64,000 bases of DNA from Promethearchaeota archaeon (GTDB lineage: Archaea; Asgardarchaeota; Lokiarchaeia; Sigyniarchaeales; SOKP01): assembly GCA_016839555.1 (NCBI GenBank), contig JAEOUA010000005.1:64001-128000 (forward strand), in the 5' to 3' direction. The position numbers were made by a program, and so were the translations under genes. Positions within the stretch are counted from its first letter, which is position 1. Each line of letters opens with the position of its first letter. Below the pieces are notes generated by a model, which was not told the DNA's origin, did no database searches, and worked only from the letters and a program-made list of their open reading frames with translations. Of the stretch, positions 1-8,033 are shown piece after piece.

Positions 1-25
1 TAAGATAACAGAATTTTTTATATAA

Positions 26-754
26 ATGATTAATCATAAAAAATTAAATAAATTAAAGCTAATTTTAGTAATATCTTCGATCTCCTTTTCATTTATATTT
101 ATTATTCTCATTATTCTTTTAAAAGATATTCCCTTATTGCCAGCATTGATTAAAGAATATATCGAATCGGGAAAATCTTTTTTCATTCCTTCCATTCCTA
201 ATAATAACCTATTAGTCATTAGCGCTAAAAAATTTCCCAATGCGAATTTCACAGTTGGCCATTTGGTTGACCTAATAATCATGATGAATATAGTCGTTTA
301 TATTGAATCAAGCATCTATCATTATATAAAGAAAGTTTATTTTGCTAATACTAAATCTGGCTATTATGAATTCTCTGTTTTTTATCATAAAGGAATTTAT
401 TTACAAAATCATGATATTAACGATGAAATTTCTATAGATAAGCAATTTATACAAAAATTCTCCCATTCATCATTAGATAACACAGAAGAAAAAGGAATTT
501 TAAAACTTTATGGGATAACTCCCATACGATTTGATGGTTTGAGAAGGAAAAGAAAAAAATACAATAATAGTAATTACAAATCTAATTTTTTTCAAAAATC
601 CTTGGCATCAAAAAATTCTTATCTTTTTTATAAATTTTTTAATTTTTCTTCTCTTTCTAAGTCTTTATGGGATATTCATTACGAATATTCTTTCAAACCA
701 ATATTTTTTAATAAAAATTTTAATTATAATTTACTTTTAAAAAAGGTGGTATAA
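26..754 (+). CDS. Hypothetical protein with N-terminal membrane anchor
   Basis: 242-aa ORF with a hydrophobic N-terminal segment (LILVISSISFSFIFIILIILL); no recognisable motif; low-complexity K/N/F-rich C-terminus. Confidence 0.5.
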   Translation: MINHKKLNKLKLILVISSISFSFIFIILIILLKDIPLLPALIKEYIESGKSFFIPSIPNNNLLVISAKKFPNANFTVGHLVDLIIMMNIVVYIESSIYHYIKKVYFANTKSGYYEFSVFYHKGIYLQNHDINDEISIDKQFIQKFSHSSLDNTEEKGILKLYGITPIRFDGLRRKRKKYNNSNYKSNFFQKSLASKNSYLFYKFFNFSSLSKSLWDIHYEYSFKPIFFNKNFNYNLLLKKVV

Positions 755-870
755 TAAATTGAAAAATAATATTAATAAAATTAGATTTAATAATTTCTAT
801 AATTATCATTTAAAAGATAATTTAGTTTCTGATAAAATTAAAACAAATTATATTATAAAAATACTTAAAA

Positions 871-878
871 AGGAGGTG
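871..878 (+). promoter_or_regulatory. Shine-Dalgarno sequence AGGAGGTG
   Basis: Perfect SD in AT-rich DNA, 7 nt upstream of an in-frame ATT (886). Confidence 0.6.
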
Positions 879-912
879 TAAGAATATTATTGAAATAATT
901 TTATTTGAATTA

Positions 913-1836
913 GTGTTTCCATTCATTTTAATTGTTTTTCTAATAATTATTGTTATTAGTGGACTTTTTGGGAGAAAAAAAATGCGAACTCAAGCTCAAA
1001 ATCTTATGAGTTTAGATGAATTTTTAAAAGATTGGATAATAGATCATGGATCAGCTCATAAATTGGAAGAATATTTTTCACAAATGAAAAAAGATCCTTC
1101 TGGAGTGATATATATGCCCATAACTTATAATGGTGCTAAATTATTCATAAAAATGGGATTGACTCCAAATAAAGTGTCCTTAATAAATTTAATTCTTTCA
1201 ATGTTTATTTTTTGGGGCACTATTATGGCAGCTCAAGGTCATACTTTATCTGTTTTTACTCAGCAACCAATTTATGGATCATGGTTTTTCCTTTTAGGCT
1301 TTTTAGTTTTAATTACAGGAATTATTGATGGGATTGATGGGGGAATAGCAAGATTGTTGGATATTAAGTCTAAAAAGGGAGCATGGGTTGATAATGTGAT
1401 TGATAGAATAAGTGATATATTAATGTTAGTAGGATTAATTCCTACTCAGCTATTATATCTCTCAGATTATAATCTTGATTTTAACTGGTTAGTATGGACT
1501 AATATTTTCATTATTTTTATATATGAATATATGAGAGCCAGACATGAAGGGTTAGGTTTGCTAGAAGCGAAACCTTACGTTGGGGAACGAGTAACTCGCA
1601 TATTGATCCATTTTACTTTCTTTATTGCTTATGGGAGTTCAAGTCTGGCTGTCTTAATAACAAATTTGATTAGTCCAGGGGCGGCATCTTCAATTTGGTC
1701 ATTATCTCATCCTGGAACAATAAAATGGAGTATGCTTCTTTTTCAAATTAGTCTTTTAGCTGTCATGATACTCTCCTCGAGTCAGTTAGCAAGATATAGT
1801 TATAAAAATTTAAAAAAAATGGATAATAAAAATTAA
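913..1836 (+). CDS. CDP-alcohol phosphatidyltransferase/phosphotransferase family membrane protein (true start may be ATT at 886)
   Basis: Signature DGIDGGIARLLDIKSKKGAWVDNVIDRISD (DGxxAR-x8-GxxxDxxxD); TPN motif; multiple TM helices. Confidence 0.9.
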   Translation: MFPFILIVFLIIIVISGLFGRKKMRTQAQNLMSLDEFLKDWIIDHGSAHKLEEYFSQMKKDPSGVIYMPITYNGAKLFIKMGLTPNKVSLINLILSMFIFWGTIMAAQGHTLSVFTQQPIYGSWFFLLGFLVLITGIIDGIDGGIARLLDIKSKKGAWVDNVIDRISDILMLVGLIPTQLLYLSDYNLDFNWLVWTNIFIIFIYEYMRARHEGLGLLEAKPYVGERVTRILIHFTFFIAYGSSSLAVLITNLISPGAASSIWSLSHPGTIKWSMLLFQISLLAVMILSSSQLARYSYKNLKKMDNKN

Positions 1837-1874
1837 AAATTAAAAAAATTAAAAAAATAAAAAACTGAAAAAAA

Positions 1875-3236
1875 ATGAAATTATCAAGAATTTTGGCATA
1901 TGGAGTTATAGTCCTATTTTATTTTATACTAATGCATATCTTTTTTCCAATTGAATGGTCCTCTCCTGTAAAAGAAGCAATCGATACCTTTTTTATGAAT
2001 CCTTTGAAGTATTGGTGGTTCATATTTCCATTGATAGGTCTTATTTTTCTATTAGGACTTGATATTTTTTATGGAATCTATTTTCTTGCATCATTTGGTC
2101 GTGGTTATCGGACTAAAGAACCTTATTATCCTGATATAAGTATAATGATTCCTTCGAAAAACGAAAAAGTATTACTTAAAAAAACATTGGAATCTATATT
2201 GAATTCAAACTACCCTAAAGAACATATTCAGTTAATTCTAATTACCAGTGAATCTACCGATGGAACAACCGAATTTAGCAGAGAATTTGCCAAAAAATAT
2301 GGAAATATTATGGATATTAAGACTATATCAGAAAAACCCCTCAAACCGGGGAAACCTCCAAAATTAAACCTTGGATTAAAATTAGTGAAGAATGACATTG
2401 TTGTATTATATGATTGTGGATGCATATTACAACCTGACACTTTAAAACATTTAATCTCTCCATTTCAAAACAAGAAAAATAATGCTGTGATTGGACCAGT
2501 TTTAGTTGAAAACTGGAAAACAAATATTTTAACCAGAGGAATATTATTGGACTATTCTCTTATCTCTGGGGGTGGAATTACTTTCGAAGTTAAAAATAGA
2601 TTGGGATCATCAGCCTATTCTTATGGTCGCAATTTTGCTGTAAGAACCAAATATCTTAGAGAGTATGGGGGATTTAATGAGGATTCTATGACAGAAGATT
2701 TATACCTCTCGGTTCTTTTGAATTTAGATGGGGTGCAAATTCGTTACTCGCCAAAAGCAAAAATCTATGAATATGTACCAAGCACTTGGGAGATTTTAGT
2801 TAAGCAACGAACAAGATGGTTAGCAGGATATGTTTTTGATATGCCGGAATTAATGGCAATGAAAAAAGAAAATAGGAGTGGCCAACCAATAATTATCTCA
2901 AGGAATATGACTATGATGTTAATCGGTAATTTAGATACATGGATTCCTGTTGTAATAGCTATTTCATTAATATTTGGATTAATCGGTGAATATTATTTAT
3001 TAAGTTGGAGTTTATCCTGCTTAATTTTTCAATTTGGATATATATTTAACGCTATATGGAAGTATGCTGATAAACATTTTAGCCTGTTATTATTTTGGCC
3101 GATTAGTGCCTATATCCATCTTTATATGTTTCTAAGACAATTTAGACTGCCTGAAAATATGAGCTGGGAACTAACTCCAATGCTGTTTGAAAAAGAAGAG
3201 CAAGAAATAATAGCCATATCTAAAATAATCGAATAA
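1875..3236 (+). CDS. Membrane-bound GT2 glycosyltransferase (cellulose-synthase-like motifs)
   Basis: ISIMIPSKNE, STDGT, TED and QRTRW (QxxRW) motifs; TM helices at both ends; DxD position reads YDCG. Confidence 0.9.
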   Translation: MKLSRILAYGVIVLFYFILMHIFFPIEWSSPVKEAIDTFFMNPLKYWWFIFPLIGLIFLLGLDIFYGIYFLASFGRGYRTKEPYYPDISIMIPSKNEKVLLKKTLESILNSNYPKEHIQLILITSESTDGTTEFSREFAKKYGNIMDIKTISEKPLKPGKPPKLNLGLKLVKNDIVVLYDCGCILQPDTLKHLISPFQNKKNNAVIGPVLVENWKTNILTRGILLDYSLISGGGITFEVKNRLGSSAYSYGRNFAVRTKYLREYGGFNEDSMTEDLYLSVLLNLDGVQIRYSPKAKIYEYVPSTWEILVKQRTRWLAGYVFDMPELMAMKKENRSGQPIIISRNMTMMLIGNLDTWIPVVIAISLIFGLIGEYYLLSWSLSCLIFQFGYIFNAIWKYADKHFSLLLFWPISAYIHLYMFLRQFRLPENMSWELTPMLFEKEEQEIIAISKIIE

Positions 3237-3249
3237 ATAATGATCAAAA

Positions 3250-4017
3250 ATGGGGAACAAAGTCATAATATTAGCTGGGGGAAAGGGGAAAAGATTAGGT
3301 GAATTGACAGATCAGATCCCCAAACCATTGATGAAAATCGGGGAATATCCCATTATTTGGCATATAATGAAAATCTATGCCTCCTATGGGTTTAAAGAAT
3401 TCATATTATGCCTTGGATATAAAGCAGATCTTATTAAATCCTATTTTTTTCATTATAATTCACGTAAAAATGATTTTACCATAGATTTAGCAAATTCCAA
3501 TATTGAATTTCATAATAATGTAAGTGAGGATTGGAAAGTTAGCCTAATTGACACGGGACTGAATACTCCTAAAGGAGGGAGAGTTAAGAAAATTGAACCA
3601 TATTTAGATTCTGATATCAATATGTTAACTTATGCTGATGGATTGGCGGATATCAATATTAAAGAGTTATTGGAATTTCATAAGCGTCATGGAAAAACGA
3701 TTACAACTACTGGTGTGCCTCATTCATCAAATTTCGGGGAGATCGTAGAGAAAGAAGGGAAAGTTCTCTCTTTTAAAGAAAAACCGAATATTACCCTAAT
3801 TAATGGCGGGTTTATGGTTTTTAATAGCAATTTTTTACAAAGATTGGATAATAATTCTAAACTTGAAGAAATAATTCTTAGGGAATTATCGAAAGAGGGA
3901 GAAGTAATGGTATATAAACATCAAGGAAATTGGGCTTGTATGGATACATTTAAAGATTATTTATATCTCAATTCATTATGGGAAAACAATAATGCATTTT
4001 GGAAAAACTGGCAATAA
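3250..4017 (+). CDS. rfbF: Glucose-1-phosphate cytidylyltransferase (RfbF-like sugar-phosphate nucleotidyltransferase)
   Basis: ILAGGKGKRL, PKP, PIIWHIMKIY, CLGYK, DTGLNT-GGR, TYADGLAD, INGGFMV, WACMDT, LW...W C-terminus. Confidence 0.85.
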   Translation: MGNKVIILAGGKGKRLGELTDQIPKPLMKIGEYPIIWHIMKIYASYGFKEFILCLGYKADLIKSYFFHYNSRKNDFTIDLANSNIEFHNNVSEDWKVSLIDTGLNTPKGGRVKKIEPYLDSDINMLTYADGLADINIKELLEFHKRHGKTITTTGVPHSSNFGEIVEKEGKVLSFKEKPNITLINGGFMVFNSNFLQRLDNNSKLEEIILRELSKEGEVMVYKHQGNWACMDTFKDYLYLNSLWENNNAFWKNWQ

Positions 4018-4119
4018 TTAACTAAATACTATTTTTCATTTTTTTCTTAAAATTATTTTTAAATTATATAATTCAGTTTTCTATAACTGATTAGATCATC
4101 TAAATTTTCTAACTAAAAA

Positions 4120-4211
4120 GGGAGATAGAAGTGTCCTCTTATAGGGATAATCAAAAAAGTAATCCGACTATAAGAGGACTCCCCGTGTTTTTGTCGCCTC
4201 TTCATTCTCCC
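4120..4211 (-). ncRNA. Candidate ~92-nt structured small RNA of unknown class
   Basis: ~43% GC island in very AT-rich spacer; 12-bp perfect stem (4133-4144 / 4168-4179); ends pair (GGGAGA/TCTCCC); minus-strand TTTAAATA box ~25 nt upstream and U5 tract directly downstream. Confidence 0.5.
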
Positions 4212-4411
4212 AGATATATATATTGAATTATGTTATTTAAAAATAATTAACTTGCCATGCTTAACAGACTTAACTAAACTTATTTAAACTAAACTTTTAG
4301 AAAATAAACAAAATATTTAGATATTAAAAATAATACTGCTAATGAGAATATTTAGATTTTACAAAATAACTGTATATACCATATAAAATATAATTTAATG
4401 GGTGAATAAAT

Positions 4412-4576
4412 TTGGTTGGATGTCATGATCTAAGAAAAGGAGATGTTATTTATTGTCCAGATTGCGGAATAGAACTTACAATAACCGCTGTATGTGAAGA
4501 ATGCGAAGAAAACTCATGTGGGTGCGAACATGAATGTGTATTTGAATGCTGTGGAACGCCCCTCGTGCAAAAATAA
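4412..4576 (+). CDS. 54-aa Cys-rich desulforedoxin-like metal-binding miniprotein (not in ORF track)
   Basis: TTG start 6 nt after GGTGA SD; MVGCHDLRKGDVIYCPDCGIELTITAVCEECEENSCGCEHECVFECCGTPLVQK; CxxC...CCG frame; followed by T-rich tract. Confidence 0.8.
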   Translation: MVGCHDLRKGDVIYCPDCGIELTITAVCEECEENSCGCEHECVFECCGTPLVQK

Positions 4577-4681
4577 AAACTGAATCTTTTTTCTTATTAT
4601 TTCTATTTTTTATTATTATTTTTTAATCTCTTTTTTATTTTGAAAAATTTTATTAATTTCTTAAAATAAAAAAGCAATTTT

Positions 4682-5194
4682 TTAAGAACTAGGAGAACAA
4701 CTGTAGAGGCTGAATGGTCGTATTTTAATAAATTTTTCAAAATCTTTTAGTACAAAGAAATAGTTGTGTAATACCTGATCTAAGATAATTTTCATTGTTT
4801 TTATTCCCTCTTTAATACCTTCTAAATCTTTCGATAAAAGGACCATATATTCAGAATTAGTTTTTAAGTAGTAGCATCCCTTTTCAATTGAGAGATTTTC
4901 ATGTTGTGCAATAATAGTATTTGTTTCCTTTATTTTGTTCGGATCTGTAAAAATAATCATTAAAAAAGAGTTTGTATATGTTTTTTTTAGATAGGTATCT
5001 CTTATACCGGGAGCTTGTAGAGTTATTTTCATATAATCTTGGAATAGATATTGAAGTTGATTTAACTCTCTTCTAAATCTTAGTTTATTATGATAAAACT
5101 TGAATTCCTCATTTAAATTTAAAGTTTCTCCTTCCAAATAAGTTAGCTCTTTTGGAGGCGTTTCAAATGTAAATTCTTTAAGATAATCGGACAT
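4682..5194 (-). CDS. Stand-alone GH20 N-terminal (domain 2, zincin-like) domain protein
   Basis: TPPKELTYLEGETLNL and EKGCYYLKTNSEYMVLLSKDLEGIKEGIKTMKIIL resemble the hexosaminidase domain-2 consensus (EGYxL...GlxxGxxTLxQL); no catalytic barrel. Confidence 0.55.
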   Translation of the reverse strand: MSDYLKEFTFETPPKELTYLEGETLNLNEEFKFYHNKLRFRRELNQLQYLFQDYMKITLQAPGIRDTYLKKTYTNSFLMIIFTDPNKIKETNTIIAQHENLSIEKGCYYLKTNSEYMVLLSKDLEGIKEGIKTMKIILDQVLHNYFFVLKDFEKFIKIRPFSLYSCSPSS

Positions 5195-5311
5195 TTTTAA
5201 TCATCATTGAAAATATTTTATAATTTTTAACTGTTTTAATTAGTTTATTATTGTATTTTAAAAAAAGATTTAACTTATAATTTACAAAAAAATTTTTGTG
5301 AAAAAATAAAA

Positions 5312-6412
5312 CTAAATAGGGGGCAAATCTTTTATTTTTGCTAAACCTTCTCGACTCGCTTCAAGAACTCCAAACTCTGTTATTATTCCAGTTACGAATT
5401 CAGCGGGAGTCACATCAAAAGCAATATTTTTCGCATTTGCGTTTACTTGCGCGATTCTTATTTTTGTTCTTTCCTCTTTTTCATAATTCATTCCCGACAT
5501 ACATGTTACTTCTTCTTCGTCTCGTTCTTCTATTATGACATCCATCCCATTGTCCATCTCATAATCAATGGTCATTCTGGGTGCTACCACATAAAAGGGA
5601 ACATTATAATGATTACATGCTAATGCGATACCAAGAGTGCCAATCTTATTGCATACGTCTCCATTTGCAGCAATTCGATCGCTGCCTACAAACACGATAT
5701 CAACTTTTCCTCGCTGAATAAAATGACTATTTGCATTATCAACAATAATAGCATAATCAATACCTTCTTGTGCCATTTCCCACGCAGTTAATCTGGCCCC
5801 TTGGCATCGTGGACGAGTTTCATCAACAAAGACAAAAATTTTTTTTCCATGCTGCTGAGCCCAACGAATGGGACCGGTGGCGGTTCCCCACAATCCACTA
5901 AATGCAAGAGCTCCCGCATTACAATGAGTTAAAATTGACCATCCCTCCTTAATTAGTTTCCCGCCATATTCTGCCATTTTTGTGGCAGCTCTTTGATCTT
6001 CTTCAAAAATCTCATCTGCCTCGTCGACTACTGCCTTAATAATATTATCTGTGCCTCCTTCTTTCGCCGCTTCTTTTCCGCGATTTAAAGTGCGCTCGGT
6101 TGCATGCATTAAATTTACTGCGGTAGGTCTGGCAGTATCTAAATATTCTTTTGCTTCTTCTAATTTTTGGATTAGTTTTTTAGGCGACAGATTGGCATTT
6201 TGTAATGCTATTTGAGCCATTCCGAAACCTGCAGTCACTCCAATGGCACCTGCGCCTCGTGTATACATATCCTTGATTGAGTGCCACAACTCCTCAGTAT
6301 TATTTAAATCAACGATTTTTAATTCAAAAGGAAGGGGCCTTTGATCAATCATCTTTACAATAGAACCCTCGCGCCAAACTGTCATTACTTCAGAACCATT
6401 TTTTAACTTCAT
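5312..6412 (-). CDS. mtnA: S-methyl-5-thioribose-1-phosphate isomerase (eIF2B-alpha-like family)
   Basis: IDQRPLP, RGAGAIG, RPTAVNL, LTHCNAGALA, DETRPRCQGARLTAWE, GSDRIAANGDVCNKIGT, AFDVTP. Confidence 0.92.
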   Translation of the reverse strand: MKLKNGSEVMTVWREGSIVKMIDQRPLPFELKIVDLNNTEELWHSIKDMYTRGAGAIGVTAGFGMAQIALQNANLSPKKLIQKLEEAKEYLDTARPTAVNLMHATERTLNRGKEAAKEGGTDNIIKAVVDEADEIFEEDQRAATKMAEYGGKLIKEGWSILTHCNAGALAFSGLWGTATGPIRWAQQHGKKIFVFVDETRPRCQGARLTAWEMAQEGIDYAIIVDNANSHFIQRGKVDIVFVGSDRIAANGDVCNKIGTLGIALACNHYNVPFYVVAPRMTIDYEMDNGMDVIIEERDEEEVTCMSGMNYEKEERTKIRIAQVNANAKNIAFDVTPAEFVTGIITEFGVLEASREGLAKIKDLPPI

Positions 6413-6472
6413 TTCTTATCCTATTTATTTTAATTTCTTATAATTAATAGTTATAGAATTATAATAAAGATA

Positions 6473-6958
6473 TTAAATTTTTTTCCCTGAGTTATTAAAC
6501 CATTTTAATAGATTTTTACTTTTTTCTGGAAATAATTCTTTTAATACTTTTATTGCGGCATTTTTTACTTCTGAACTTTTATCAGAAATTACACATTCTT
6601 CAAGAATGGTAAAAATTGTATCATTTTTCAAATTTAATAGCTTTAACGCATGAATACAATTCACCTTATTTTCTATATTTTCATTATTTTCAAGAAAAAA
6701 TTTTAATAAGTCAATAGTTTTTTCTGCTGTGAATTCTTTTATCGTGAAATAATGATAAATATCAGCAACCGTTAAATCCTTCTCCATAAATTCGATGGTA
6801 TCTTCATATAAAAGATCCTCAAGGGAATCAGAAACTAACACAAAAGAGCAGGAATGATTTTCTGGTAATCGATGTTCGCTACAAAAGCTTTTCCCACAAT
6901 ATTTACAATGAAAACTTAAGGTTTCGATTCTCTTCTCGCAGAAGGTGCATTTTTTCAT
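6473..6958 (-). CDS. AN1-type zinc finger plus HEAT-like repeat protein
   Basis: CTFC...CKYCGKSFCSEHRLPENHSC; C-terminal helical repeat (SDKSSEVKNAAIKVL). Confidence 0.8.
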   Translation of the reverse strand: MKKCTFCEKRIETLSFHCKYCGKSFCSEHRLPENHSCSFVLVSDSLEDLLYEDTIEFMEKDLTVADIYHYFTIKEFTAEKTIDLLKFFLENNENIENKVNCIHALKLLNLKNDTIFTILEECVISDKSSEVKNAAIKVLKELFPEKSKNLLKWFNNSGKKI

Positions 6959-7109
6959 TTTTTATTTTCGATTGTAAAAATTAAAAATATTTTTTATTAC
7001 TTTATATATTAAACTATAAAATTAGTATAATAAATTTTAAGAGGAATTTCTAATAAAGAAAGATATTTCTAAGGAGTAATTCTTCTTTAATAAAGATATA
7101 GGAAAAAAC

Positions 7110-8000
7110 ATGCAAAATGACCACAAAAAGAAACCTCGCAAATATGAAATCATCTCTTGTTCAAGAAGGACTGATATCCCCGCATTTCTAATGGATTGGG
7201 TAATAGAAAAAATAAATCAAGGGTTTGTTGATGTTGCCAATCCTTTTAATAAAAAGCAAATTACGAGAGTTTCATTGAGACCAGGGCATGTAAAATGTTG
7301 GTGCTGGTGGAGTAAGGATTTTTCTGATTGGATAAACTATTATAAATCAAATAAATCCTTATTTCAGGAATATGAAGGACATTATTTTCAATTTACTATT
7401 AATTCTCCCTCCGAATTAGAAAATCAAATAAAATCATCTTTAGATGAAAGATTAGACCAATTAAACTGGTTGATTGAAGAATTTGGCACACTAGCTGTAA
7501 ATTATCGATTCGATCCCATTATTCTATATAAAAAAAAGGGCTCTAATCAGATAAAAAGTAATTTGAACAAATTTGAATATATAATTAACCATGTATCAAA
7601 ATTCGGATTAAAAGAACTAATTTTCTCCTTTGCTACAATTTATCCTAAAGTTAAAAAGCGTATGGAAGCAAGGGGCTATATTCCCATTGATCCTCCAATA
7701 AAGAAAAAAAAAGAAATTTTACTAAAATTATTAAAAATTTGTAAGCTGAATCATTTGGAAATGAAGGCTTGTTGTCAACCAGATTTGCTCAAACTCCAAC
7801 TTCCAGGAGTTTCACAAGCCCATTGTATAGATGCTTATAAGATCCAAAAAATTGTGGGCATATTTATATCTAAAGAAAAAGATACTGGTCAGAGGGATGC
7901 ATGTGGCTGTCATAAATCAAAGGATATAGGAGGGTACCATGGAATTTTTCAATGTAAACATAATTGTAGCTATTGCTATGCAAATCCGAGAAAAAGCTAA
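7110..8000 (+). CDS. DUF1848 family protein (radical-SAM-like Cys motif at C-terminus)
   Basis: IISCSRRTDIPAF, YRFDPI, KDTGQRDACGCHKSKDIG, CKHNCSYCYAN. Confidence 0.85.
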   Translation: MQNDHKKKPRKYEIISCSRRTDIPAFLMDWVIEKINQGFVDVANPFNKKQITRVSLRPGHVKCWCWWSKDFSDWINYYKSNKSLFQEYEGHYFQFTINSPSELENQIKSSLDERLDQLNWLIEEFGTLAVNYRFDPIILYKKKGSNQIKSNLNKFEYIINHVSKFGLKELIFSFATIYPKVKKRMEARGYIPIDPPIKKKKEILLKLLKICKLNHLEMKACCQPDLLKLQLPGVSQAHCIDAYKIQKIVGIFISKEKDTGQRDACGCHKSKDIGGYHGIFQCKHNCSYCYANPRKS

Positions 8001-8033
8001 GATCTATAAAAAAACCCTCTATAGATTGAATAG

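Noticed and set aside
1829-1874. A-rich quasi-repeat (aaaaatt)n between genes
   Set aside because: Low-complexity AT-rich spacer with no spacer-repeat structure; not CRISPR
4120-4211. tRNA, SECIS or C/D-box sRNA identity for the hairpin
   Set aside because: No cloverleaf or T-loop, no adjacent gene with in-frame TGA, no tandem GA core in the stem, and only a weak C-box-like AUGAAGA with no terminal CUGA
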